NCBI GenBank assembly: GCA_964653695.1 | Contig: CAZZFQ010000004.1 | Location: 1-50,075 of the forward strand | Origin: an uncultured Candidatus Bathyarchaeia archaeon | Lineage (GTDB): Archaea; Thermoproteota; Bathyarchaeia; 40CM-2-53-6; JALHTG01 | Direction: 5' to 3' | DNA: 50,075 nucleotides | Part shown: positions 34,161 to 42,817 of the stretch, piece after piece | Layout of the letters: each line of letters starts with the position of its first letter | Numbering within the stretch: position 1 is the first letter of the stretch | Notes under the pieces: generated by a model | What the model was told of the DNA's origin: nothing | Database searches by the model: none | What the model saw: only the letters and a program-made list of their open reading frames with translations | Translations under genes and position numbers: made by a program

Positions 34161-34516
34161 TTTCTCAAGGCCAACTCAATATAAAGGCGTGATGAACCAT
34201 TCATCCTAAGGATTCATCTACGGATCAATGTTCAGCTGCGCGACCATCCCCGTTTTCCATCATTGAGAGATGACACAAGCGCAAGACGCCCGAGCAATGG
34301 TGGCAGTTGAAGAAAGATCCTAAACATTGGAGGCCTTGCCTTAAGTCGTCGATTGCCTTAAAATGGAAAGCCTAGACGTTCTCATATAGAATAGGCGGTT
34401 CGACAAAGCACTTGCTATAAGCTATTATGTCCGTATCTTAGAAATCTCGCCATATTCTCTTAAGAATAGTCTAGGGGTACAGTGGTACAGTAAAACAAGG
34501 CTGGAAGCATCTCGTT

Positions 34517-35761
34517 TTGAGGGCCATGTCAATACGCCGCGTTGCGAGAGAGTTCTCATTCATTCGAGGCAACTTCCTGATACTACTCGCCAGTTGGACC
34601 CTAATGAACTTCGCCTCGGCTATCCCGAACACTTACTATTCACTCTACATCCTTGCACTAGGCGGCACTACGGTTATCATCGGCGTCATAGGCTCCATAT
34701 CCTCTCTTATTCTGGGACTAATCCAGTTTCCCGGCGGATATCTGGCCGACAAGCATGGACGAAGATGGCTTGTAGTGTCGATGACCTTCGGAGTCGCTAC
34801 CTCGTATCTCGTCTATGCAATCGCGCCCTCGTGGCATTTTGTACTCATGGCGGGAATCCTGCAAAACCTCTGTCTGATCTATCAGCCAGCCCTTGGAGCG
34901 ATCACAGCGGACTCTATTCCGCCAGAGAGAAGGGGCATCGGCTTCTCGGTTCAGACGCTACTTCTCAACGTAGCTAGCGTCCCAGGGCCAGTAATCGCTG
35001 GCGCCCTCTACCTAGCACTCGGGCTCGTCCCGGCTACGAGAGTCGGGTACACAATCGCATTCATTCTCTTTCTGATAGCTGCAACCATAAGAATGAAGCT
35101 ACGAGAGACATTGAAGGAAAAGGTCGATCGACCAACCGTTACCGCAGCCCTACGCTCCTACCCGAGATCGGTTCGGGAGAGCTTTCGCGTTTGGAAACTT
35201 CTTCCCAGGGCTATGTTCTGCCTCTTCGTGGTGTCGTCGTTGCTGCAGTTCTTCGCTTCGCTCTGCGATCTATTCTTCGTTGTATACGCGACAAAGATTC
35301 TGGGTATAAGCGGCCTTGAGTGGGCGCTTCTTACAACTCTTCTCTTCGTAGCAAGAATGCTGTCAGCACTCCCGAGCGGGAAGATCATAGACTTGTTTGG
35401 GAGAAGGAAGCCCCTCGCTCTCTCGCATCTGCTGCTCTTGCCTGTCACGCTGCTCTTCCTGTATGGAGATTTCTATAGACTGCTTGTCTCTTTCCTAATA
35501 TTTGGAGTTGCCCAGTCGATGCTCTCCGTATCTTCCCAGTCTCTTCAAGCTGACCTCGCGCCGAGAGAACATAGAGGTAAGGTCATAGGTTGCACGCAAT
35601 TCGCCAGCTACCTCCTGGCTGCGCTCGGTCAACTGCTCGGAGGAGTCCTATACAGTTACTATTCGCCTCAAGCCCCGTTCATCATACTGGCAGCATCAAC
35701 TGCCCCCCTCACGATCATGACTGTCCTCCTTGTGCATGACCCAAAGAAACGAGAAGAATAG
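34517..35761 (+). CDS. MFS transporter
   Basis: 414-aa ORF with about 12 hydrophobic helices and an MFS motif-A-like GYLADKHGRRWL after TM2. A second half-repeat has GKIIDLFGRRKP. Confidence 0.8.
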   Translation: MRAMSIRRVAREFSFIRGNFLILLASWTLMNFASAIPNTYYSLYILALGGTTVIIGVIGSISSLILGLIQFPGGYLADKHGRRWLVVSMTFGVATSYLVYAIAPSWHFVLMAGILQNLCLIYQPALGAITADSIPPERRGIGFSVQTLLLNVASVPGPVIAGALYLALGLVPATRVGYTIAFILFLIAATIRMKLRETLKEKVDRPTVTAALRSYPRSVRESFRVWKLLPRAMFCLFVVSSLLQFFASLCDLFFVVYATKILGISGLEWALLTTLLFVARMLSALPSGKIIDLFGRRKPLALSHLLLLPVTLLFLYGDFYRLLVSFLIFGVAQSMLSVSSQSLQADLAPREHRGKVIGCTQFASYLLAALGQLLGGVLYSYYSPQAPFIILAASTAPLTIMTVLLVHDPKKREE

Positions 35762-35916
35762 GCGCTTTGTCAAAAGCAACCACGTGATAAATAATAAGAG
35801 GAAACAAACAACACTATCACCTTAGCCTATATGAACCGAGTGTTCTATCTTTTGGACGGAATGTTCCAAAACGTAGCCTAATCTACCCGTGAGCGAATCG
35901 ATTCATTCGATGAAGC

Positions 35917-37260
35917 TTGTTGAGCAGCAAGACAGCAACAATCGTCCTTGTCTGCCTACTGGCGTCATTAACCCTACCTTCATTGCATGGTCAACAGACT
36001 CGTGCAGACCGATGCATCGTGCCAGTCAAGGATGTCGATGTCTATGGGCCCGGGCAGAGGGCGATCATCGCTTGGAACAAAGGGCTAGAACGACTGATCC
36101 TCTCAACCGACCTTTACGCCCATATAGAGACGAGGATATTGGAGGTCTTGCCCCTTCCGTCTCAGCCGACCGTCGAGAAGGCAAGCTTCGAGTCTTTTCG
36201 AGCTGTCCAAGACCTAATGATCATGAAGATGCCGCGGGCAATTGCCACTCAATACAAGGGAGGCCTTGAGGTAGTCTTTCATGAGAAGATAGGCGCCCAC
36301 GATGTCACTATTGTGAAAGCGATATCATTGACGGAATTGGCCAGCTTCATGGCGGATTACTTGGAAAAGAACGGATTGGACAGACTTATTGCAGTTGGTG
36401 AGGAAACTAGACGGATCCTTGGAGACTACGTCACCAGAGGGTTCAACTACTGGGTGTTTGACCTTGTTGATCTCTACTCAACCACGAGAAGCCTTGAGCC
36501 TTTGGCGTATCAGTTTCAAAGCTCAAGCATGTACTACCCCATGAAAGTATCCTCAGTCGCAAAGGGGCTAACCGAGATAGTTCTGTACCTGATAGCCTCA
36601 GACCCCCTCAAGGAAAGTGATATTCCTCCGAAAATGCGTCTGGGCCGATACGCCCCCAGCGACCAAGTAGTTCAGTTCCAGCTTACACCCCTAGACTTGG
36701 AGAGAGTGGATCCTCAACTGAACGAGCTCTTTAATGGCCGGGCTTGGTTCACTGCCGTAAAGTACTCAGGGTCGCTTGCAGAGCTGGATTTCGACCTTCA
36801 GATCGTTCCGCAACCAACATTGTGCAGGACAATAACGGTTCGAGTGAATGAGAGCACAAGCCATGTTGGCGACACCCTGACCATAGGCGTCGATTTCGTC
36901 CATCTGCTGCCAGGGTGCGCTGAGATCATGGTTCTGCATTTCCATGAGATCAGGCTTGAGGTCCTTGACTCGAACGGTGCCCGCAAGCAGGTTTGGGAAT
37001 GGAGGACGAACAGTGACCTTCATCAAGTGGTACTGTGGAGACCTCAGACCGAGGACAACTACGTCGTCAGGGCAAGCTCCTGGTGGAATGGCGAAAGGCT
37101 TGAGGTCGATGCTCGCACGTCTGTTACGGCAGCCAGAGAGGCCTTCCCGAAGGAGGTTTTTTGGCTTCTTGGCGGAGCCCTTGTTGCGGTAAGCTGTGTT
37201 CTGGTTGGCGCAGGCATAACATACATCTTGCTCAAGCCAAGGGTTACGAAGAGATCCTAA
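35917..37260 (+). CDS. Secreted, C-terminally anchored protein, DUF2330-like N-terminal domain plus Ig-like domain
   Basis: 447-aa ORF with a signal-like N-terminus. The blocks PGQRAIIAWNKGLERLILS, GAHDVTIVKAISLTELASFMADYLEKNGL and GFNYWVFDLV resemble DUF2330, from memory only. A C-terminal TM (LLGGALVAVSCVLVGAGITYILL) and basic tail follow. Confidence 0.55.
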   Translation: MLSSKTATIVLVCLLASLTLPSLHGQQTRADRCIVPVKDVDVYGPGQRAIIAWNKGLERLILSTDLYAHIETRILEVLPLPSQPTVEKASFESFRAVQDLMIMKMPRAIATQYKGGLEVVFHEKIGAHDVTIVKAISLTELASFMADYLEKNGLDRLIAVGEETRRILGDYVTRGFNYWVFDLVDLYSTTRSLEPLAYQFQSSSMYYPMKVSSVAKGLTEIVLYLIASDPLKESDIPPKMRLGRYAPSDQVVQFQLTPLDLERVDPQLNELFNGRAWFTAVKYSGSLAELDFDLQIVPQPTLCRTITVRVNESTSHVGDTLTIGVDFVHLLPGCAEIMVLHFHEIRLEVLDSNGARKQVWEWRTNSDLHQVVLWRPQTEDNYVVRASSWWNGERLEVDARTSVTAAREAFPKEVFWLLGGALVAVSCVLVGAGITYILLKPRVTKRS

Positions 37261-37340
37261 GGGCATCACGCGCTTACTAGAATCGATTGTCACAGCAGAA
37301 TTCCAGAGGCGATGTGTGCTGCAAGCAGAGGAAGAAAACG

Positions 37341-37348
37341 TTTTTTTT
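37341..37348 (+). terminator. T8 run, candidate archaeal intrinsic terminator for 35917..37260
   Basis: TTTTTTTT lies 80 nt downstream of the stop at 37260, in the convergent gap. It overlaps the stop codon of the minus-strand ccdA-like gene. Confidence 0.35.
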
Positions 37349-38001
37349 CATGGTGTTAGTAGGTAGCTGTAGATTTGATAGAGCCCGAATCCGATGAGTA
37401 AGATTCCTGAGATTTTGTTGAGTATAGGCGTAAGCTCTGAGAATCTCCGGACAACCGCGGATCTTCCAAGCTCCACGAGGACTGAGATCATAACAAGTGG
37501 CATGCCAATCCCAAGTGAGTAGATGGCAAAGGCGATTGCGCCTTCAGCAAGGCCCCTTGATGCTAAGGCGTATAACACTACAGAGTAGAAGACAGGAGCC
37601 GAGCATGCAGTCGAGGCGAAGCCGTAGGCGATTCCGTAGCCGAACGTTCCGAGAAGGTCTTGACCCCTTCCTATCTTGGACATGAAAGGGGAATGTGACA
37701 ATTGTCTCCCTGTCAGCGTCAGGGATCCCAACACTAACATAACGATTCCTGCTAGGAGCGGCAGAGCGCCGATGTAGATGGATAGAATAGCCCCAGCGAA
37801 GGATAGGAGAACCGCAATAATGCAGAAGACACTGACAAGTCCTAGAGCGCAGATCAATCCGGCTGCAATGGTTTTCCCACGACTGCTGGAGGTAGTCAGC
37901 CTATAGGAGAAGTATCCTGGAAGAAGGGGAAAGCTGCATGGAGAGAACACTGTGAACACGCCGGCTGTGAACGCCAACACTAGGCCTGGAAGGTCTATCA
38001 T
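37348..38001 (-). CDS. ccdA: Cytochrome c biogenesis/thiol:disulfide transfer membrane protein CcdA (DsbD-beta family)
   Basis: 217-aa, 6-TM ORF with VFSPCSFPLLPGYFSY in TM1 and a second Cys-Pro region (STACSAPVF), as in the CcdA/DsbD core. Confidence 0.75.
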   Translation of the reverse strand: MIDLPGLVLAFTAGVFTVFSPCSFPLLPGYFSYRLTTSSSRGKTIAAGLICALGLVSVFCIIAVLLSFAGAILSIYIGALPLLAGIVMLVLGSLTLTGRQLSHSPFMSKIGRGQDLLGTFGYGIAYGFASTACSAPVFYSVVLYALASRGLAEGAIAFAIYSLGIGMPLVMISVLVELGRSAVVRRFSELTPILNKISGILLIGFGLYQIYSYLLTP

Positions 38002-38250
38002 ATGGCTTTCCTGAGATCTTTAATGACTATGTCTGCACAACTGACTGATTACATTGCCTCTTGACGCATCTCATGACGACGAGACTTCTGCTAATAAACA
38101 TAGACAGATTGTGCAATGCTCTGAGGGAACTGAGAGGTGACCACATCTGTTCATGGATCGCTTGATTTGCTTACAAGGATTATATACCGTTGGCAAAGAT
38201 ACACTCAATGTGATCTATCACCACTAAGAAAAGGCTGAGGATTGAGCTGA

Positions 38251-38643
38251 TTGTTTCCTGAGATGCTAAACCATGTCAAGGAAATAATGGTCACGAACGT
38301 GGCGACCACGTCGCCTGACAGAACACTTGCCGAAGCAGCCAAGATCATGGAGGAGAAGAACATTGGCAGCCTGGTTGTTGTTGATCGCGAGCGAGTTGTC
38401 GGGATACTTACCGAGCGAGATTTCCTAAGACTCGCAGCGAAAGGCTATGATTCTAGAACCGCGACTGTCTTTGATGGCATGAGTAAACCTGCAGTTACAT
38501 GTGAACCTTTGACAACCATCACGGACGCGTTTGTTCTCATGAGGACGCACAGAGTACGACACCTGCCAGTAATTGAGAAGGAACGACTTGTCGGAATAGT
38601 CAGCTTACGCGACTTGATCTCTGTTGGGAAGTTGCTTCTCTGA
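38251..38643 (+). CDS. CBS-domain pair protein
   Basis: 130-aa ORF with two CBS repeats (IMVTNVATTSPDRTLAEAAKIMEEKNIGSLVVVD...GILTERD and AVTCEPLTTITDAFVLMRTHRVRHLPVIEKERLVGIVSLRDL). The likely start is the ATG at 38263. Confidence 0.85.
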   Translation: MFPEMLNHVKEIMVTNVATTSPDRTLAEAAKIMEEKNIGSLVVVDRERVVGILTERDFLRLAAKGYDSRTATVFDGMSKPAVTCEPLTTITDAFVLMRTHRVRHLPVIEKERLVGIVSLRDLISVGKLLL

Positions 38644-39013
38644 TCAGGCTCATTTGGAGGCAGAGCCTACGGGAAGCGGAGAATCTGCTAACGCATCACT
38701 GGATGAGCTTCCGGAGCTTGTGATGATCCCCCTTGGGACAAGAGGTGTTCAACGGATTAAGCTAAAGCATTGTCAATACTGCTCCAATGATGATCCATCT
38801 TCTCTGAAGCTAGTGGAACGATCGGTGAAGAACCTCGGAGAAGGGCAGGACACCATCTCATATCTGGTCCTATGTGAGAGATGCAGTCACAGGTTTACCT
38901 TCCATTGCAGAAACATCTACTCCACTGATCGTGGAGAGAAGAAACGAGTCGTCTCCTTCGTCTCTGTCCTGGACGAGGAAGGGAAAGATCAGGGATGGCT
39001 CGGAAATTTCTGA
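38624..39013 (+). CDS. Hypothetical protein with Cys-x2-Cys pairs (possible zinc ribbon)
   Basis: 129-aa ORF containing CQYC...CERCSHRFTFHC. It overlaps the CBS gene by 20 nt, and an internal start (VMIPLG, about 38721) is possible. I recognise no family. Confidence 0.4.
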   Translation: MGSCFSDQAHLEAEPTGSGESANASLDELPELVMIPLGTRGVQRIKLKHCQYCSNDDPSSLKLVERSVKNLGEGQDTISYLVLCERCSHRFTFHCRNIYSTDRGEKKRVVSFVSVLDEEGKDQGWLGNF

Positions 39014-39033
39014 CCAGAAATCCTGGTTCTAGC

Positions 39034-39666
39034 CTAGGCTCTCGTTCTAGGTTTGCAGATTACCTCTCGCACCGTCATCCTGAAGAAGTTGTTCGCATGA
39101 ACAGGGTTGACAACGAACGCTGTGTCAGCTCCTGACCCCGATCCGCCAATGGCGACAACGTCCCTATCGACTGGGATCAAGCCAGCGTCAGCTGCCATCA
39201 TGACTATTTCCACGCAGACCTTTGCGCCTTCGCCGAAAAGCCTCAACGCGTCAGCAACTATCTCTACAGGCTGAACCGTGTTCCACTTCGTCCTTATCGC
39301 CCGGTCAACTCCAGAGAGGCCGTGGATTCCTGTGAAGATCTTACCGCCTAGCGAGTTGATCTTCTCCTCGTTAGGCCTCAGGAGTTGGGGTACGCCAGGC
39401 TCCCGGAACCCAACGTGATGTGTCACCACGACCACATTGAACCCTTTGAAAACCTCACACGCCCTCACTCCGGTCGCTCCTGTCGTCGAGGCGACAACGA
39501 TATCCTTGACGTTCAAGGCTCGCGCCCTTTCAAGCGCAGCCCTTAGAGTCTCCTCCGTGTTTTCCTTGCCAGGCAAATCATGGTAGAGTATTTTCTCAGC
39601 CTTCATGTCCAATACCTCGATCAATTTGGAATGAGAATAGGTAATATGACTAACGGTTGTTCTCAC
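39034..39666 (-). CDS. Pyruvate kinase C-terminal (alpha/beta) domain-like protein, archaeal uncharacterised family
   Basis: Contains PGKENTEETLRAALERARALNVKDIVVASTTGATG...VVVTHHVGF..PG...LFGEGAKVCVEIVMMAADAGLIP...IGGSGSGADTAFVV...EVICKPR. This matches the family I recall being annotated as pyruvate kinase alpha/beta domain-containing. The likely start is the internal MKAEKILY. Confidence 0.75.
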   Translation of the reverse strand: MRTTVSHITYSHSKLIEVLDMKAEKILYHDLPGKENTEETLRAALERARALNVKDIVVASTTGATGVRACEVFKGFNVVVVTHHVGFREPGVPQLLRPNEEKINSLGGKIFTGIHGLSGVDRAIRTKWNTVQPVEIVADALRLFGEGAKVCVEIVMMAADAGLIPVDRDVVAIGGSGSGADTAFVVNPVHANNFFRMTVREVICKPRTRA

Positions 39667-39786
39667 ACTCAGAACGTCAACCGATCACGGTCTCAGGGAT
39701 GTACTGCCGTTTTCATCCAATCTTCACTTGCCTTAGCCTGACAAGCAGTCTCAAGAGCTGCTACCTGGAAGGTATGAAACGCAATC

Positions 39787-40113
39787 GTGGCTAGGAGAAC
39801 CGTTCACTTATTACATGAGGATAATGATATTTCTGGCCTTGGTGAATCAGGGTTGTCTGGCAAATCCTTGCCAAAGGTTCGCTTCTCTGCCAGAATGCCT
39901 AACGGAGACTTTTTGAGCTTGGCAGTCTGGCCTGGGAAGACTGATCCTACGGCTGAAGTTCTTACGGTTCAAGTTCGCCACCCTTCAGATACCGGTTGGC
40001 AGACCCTAGGCAGACTGGCGGTTTATAGAACGGTGGATGGAAGGTACTCCCAGTTGCCTGAGCGTGTTCAGACCCAAAATAGGGAATTCACAGGCCGGGA
40101 CCTCGGCCAGTGA
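39787..40113 (+). CDS. Hypothetical protein
   Basis: 108-aa ORF with a GTG start and protein-like composition. No motif recognised. Confidence 0.35.
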   Translation: MARRTVHLLHEDNDISGLGESGLSGKSLPKVRFSARMPNGDFLSLAVWPGKTDPTAEVLTVQVRHPSDTGWQTLGRLAVYRTVDGRYSQLPERVQTQNREFTGRDLGQ

Positions 40114-40238
40114 ATTGGACTTGGAACATCAAGTCTGAACAAGCGCTCATTCGATGACTCGGTCGCTTTCAGGATTTGAAAGCACCTATACCGATGCTTG
40201 CCGTCATCGATTTATGTTCCAGATGCTAACTCCTACTC

Positions 40239-41081
40239 ATGAAGAGGATTGTTTTCTCAGAGAAGTGTTTGGAATACTCATACTCTGGGCACGTCGAAGA
40301 TCCGGAGAGAGTGAGAAAGGCCCACGAGATTCTCAAACGCAGAGGCTACGAGTTTCTTGGCGCTAAGCATGCGTCTCGAGATGACCTGATCAAAGTTCAC
40401 ACCAGCTCATGGGTCGAAAGAGTGAGGAAAGGAGGCTTCTTCGACGGGGACACTCCGGGCGGCAGCAATATCTACGAGTACGCAAGTCTGAGCGCGGGAG
40501 CGGCGATTGTTGCAGCAAGGGAACGAGCCTTTTCTCTGATGAGGCCGCCTGGCCATCATGCGGGAAGAAATGGAAAGGCGATGGGCGCTCCCACATTAGG
40601 GTTCTGCTACCTCAACAACATAGCGGTCGCAGTGAAGTACCTTAACAAGCCGACGCTGATTATAGACATTGATGGGCATCACGGGAACGGAACTCAGGAG
40701 ATCTTTCAAGGAGAACCGGATGTGACAGTCATATCTCTGCATAGGGTTGGCATCTATCCGGGAACAGGCTACGAATCCGAAGGAAACTGTTTGAACTTCC
40801 CATTCTTCACTCCTCCTGGGGACGAGTTCTATCTCAGAACTTTGGACCAGGCGATCCGTCGAGTCGACCTGGAAAAGGTAGAGGTAGCGGCAATCTCAGC
40901 AGGCTTTGACTGCCATGAAGGAGACCTAGCTTCCTTAGGCTTGACCTCAAAATGTTTCCGAGAGATTGGAAAGAGGATCCAGGCTCTGGGAAAGTACACG
41001 TTCGGTGTCATGGAGGGAGGATATGAGGGTCAAAACGTCGGGGAAGACCTGGGCCAATTGCTGAAGGAGCTTCCTGATTGA
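40239..41081 (+). CDS. Histone deacetylase-family (HDAC/AcuC/acetylpolyamine amidohydrolase-like) zinc hydrolase, short form
   Basis: 280-aa ORF with RPPGHHA, IIDIDGHHGNGTQEIF, AGFDCHEGD and MEGGYEG motifs. Confidence 0.8.
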   Translation: MKRIVFSEKCLEYSYSGHVEDPERVRKAHEILKRRGYEFLGAKHASRDDLIKVHTSSWVERVRKGGFFDGDTPGGSNIYEYASLSAGAAIVAARERAFSLMRPPGHHAGRNGKAMGAPTLGFCYLNNIAVAVKYLNKPTLIIDIDGHHGNGTQEIFQGEPDVTVISLHRVGIYPGTGYESEGNCLNFPFFTPPGDEFYLRTLDQAIRRVDLEKVEVAAISAGFDCHEGDLASLGLTSKCFREIGKRIQALGKYTFGVMEGGYEGQNVGEDLGQLLKELPD

Positions 41082-41114
41082 CAGCTTCTCGTCTCTTTGA
41101 AAACACAATGCGCC

Positions 41115-41954
41115 CTAGTGGCGTGTTGGTTTTGTCTTCAGAAGCTTCCGCGCCTTTTGGAACGCATAGTCATGGTCATATGTTCCTTTAACAGCTTGCC
41201 TTGCGTCCTTGAGCACTTCCTTCTCCACTCTGTACTTCAGCTCGCCAATGGCATTCGCGCCGATGCCATATATCCCGGGTCGAATCTCACGCAGGTCGTC
41301 GTTTGGATTCAAGCCCTCGACTCCGAAGGGCGATATGGCGTTGACATCTAGCATGAGCTTTCTTCCTTCTAGCTGAGCCAGGATGTCTCTAGATACCAAT
41401 GTCACACTCGGAGGCCCGGTACAAATCACTACCGCGGCATCATGTATCGCATCACGAACCTCAGCTTCGCTCAACGCCTTAAGTCCGCCGATCCGCAATC
41501 GTGGTTCTTCTGCGATCTCTTGTACAACTGACTTGGCTCTACCAACGTCTCTGGATGTCACATATGTGTCAAATCCAAGCTTGGCACATAGAACCGCTGT
41601 TACTTTTCCGACTGGTCCAGTTCCAGCCAAGATGACTATCTTGGCTCTGGCAAGGAACTTGATTCTGAGTTTTCTCAAGCCATATTCGATTTTGGCCACT
41701 AGAGCAGCTGCAGTGGTGTAGGCACCGCGCGGATCGATGATCACCTTTGCCTCGAAGGGTGGGAGCATAGTAGCCATGATTGCTCTGGATATTTGTCTGG
41801 ACTTTGAAAGATCTCTTCCGCCCACTAGGAAGCAGGTATGCCGCATACCTTTGGGTCCTCTGGAGAACATTGTGTCTTGCACTAGCTGCTTGGCGATGTC
41901 TACCGTAACCCTCTCGTATGGAACGACAACGTCGAATCCAGCATCGTATGCCAT
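41115..41954 (-). CDS. Methylene-tetrahydromethanopterin/tetrahydrofolate dehydrogenase (MtdA-like), N-terminus apparently disrupted
   Basis: 279-aa ORF that aligns by eye with the Methylobacterium MtdA sequence as I recall it (FDVVV.Y; FLVGGRD; DPRGAYTTAAALVA; IVILAGTGPVGK). The conserved first strand (..ICFFLDSDEYASPFD..) is encoded upstream of the ATG, with no canonical in-frame start (see findings). Confidence 0.65.
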   Translation of the reverse strand: MAYDAGFDVVVPYERVTVDIAKQLVQDTMFSRGPKGMRHTCFLVGGRDLSKSRQISRAIMATMLPPFEAKVIIDPRGAYTTAAALVAKIEYGLRKLRIKFLARAKIVILAGTGPVGKVTAVLCAKLGFDTYVTSRDVGRAKSVVQEIAEEPRLRIGGLKALSEAEVRDAIHDAAVVICTGPPSVTLVSRDILAQLEGRKLMLDVNAISPFGVEGLNPNDDLREIRPGIYGIGANAIGELKYRVEKEVLKDARQAVKGTYDHDYAFQKARKLLKTKPTRH

Positions 41955-42291
41955 GCAAATATCAAACGGACTGGCATACTCATCGCTGTCTAGAAAAAAC
42001 AGATGTCACGATGTCTCATCATCTTCACTGCTTCAAGGCCCTTTATGAGATCTATTTCAAGGATTCTATTGTTTGGCCTGGCTATCCCAAAGAGCTGGAA
42101 CAACATTGAACTCAAGATCACTGAAGTACCGACGATAGAAGGCGGGAGACATAGATGAGGCCTGCTTCATGACAGGTCGGACTGTGAAAAGCACCAGAGA
42201 AAGGATCGCATTCGTCTATACTGTTAGAAGTGAAGGCTTGAAAGGAGATCTCTGCTGTTACAGACTTGCCCGTCGAAGAGAAGTGAGATTG

Positions 42292-42708
42292 CTAGGCCTT
42301 AGCTTTTCTTATTACGAAGGTTCGGTTCATCGAAGACCAAAAGCCTCCGTGTCTTCTGACAGCTTGAAGTACCGATCTGAAATCTTCACTGCCCAGATAT
42401 CGTCGAGGTCTCAAAGTTACCTGATCTGGCTGACCTCGTATCTCCAGAAGCTCCGCAAGTCCGCCGAGTTCGCCTCTCAGAGCATCTTCGACACGAACTG
42501 GCGCCACGGCCTTGGTGGAAAGCCCGGCCGACAACTCGTTGATTCGGCCGCTTATTTCTGCAATCTGAGCCTTCAGGTTTGCGATCTCTGCCTTGATCTC
42601 AGCGTCCAACTGCGTAGAAGGTATTCCAGCAGCTAGCTTCTTGATCATCTCTTCGATGATCCTCTCAATCTCATCTCTAGTCAAGACTTCAACTGGCAAA
42701 GAGTTCAC
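42292..42708 (-). CDS. Hypothetical protein with central coiled-coil-like segment
   Basis: 138-aa ORF containing LDAEIKAEIANLKAQIAEISGRINEL. I prefer it over the overlapping plus-strand ORF 42169..42636, which is Ser/Arg-rich and looks antisense. Confidence 0.45.
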   Translation of the reverse strand: MNSLPVEVLTRDEIERIIEEMIKKLAAGIPSTQLDAEIKAEIANLKAQIAEISGRINELSAGLSTKAVAPVRVEDALRGELGGLAELLEIRGQPDQVTLRPRRYLGSEDFRSVLQAVRRHGGFWSSMNRTFVIRKAKA

Positions 42709-42817
42709 CGATTGTATGGAAATGACTGAGGCTTCGAGGCAGATATTCTTATCCCTAAGCCCAAGGCAAGATGCTCTGCCAGTTCTGCAGAGTGAGATAC
42801 GAGGTGACTCTGTCTTT

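Noticed and set aside
34477-34492. Direct repeat GGTACAGT GGTACAGT upstream of the MFS gene.
   Set aside because: It has only two 8-nt units with no further copies in the window. That is too short to call a repeat element or binding site with any confidence.
36766-37293. 175-aa minus-strand ORF overlapping the 3' third of 35917..37260.
   Set aside because: It is antisense to an ORF with a signal peptide, a conserved-looking domain and a C-terminal anchor. It has no start context or motifs.
42169-42636. 155-aa plus-strand ORF overlapping 42292..42708.
   Set aside because: Its Ser/Arg/Leu-rich composition is typical of antisense frames. The minus-strand ORF has a charged coiled-coil-like sequence and was preferred, though neither is strongly supported.
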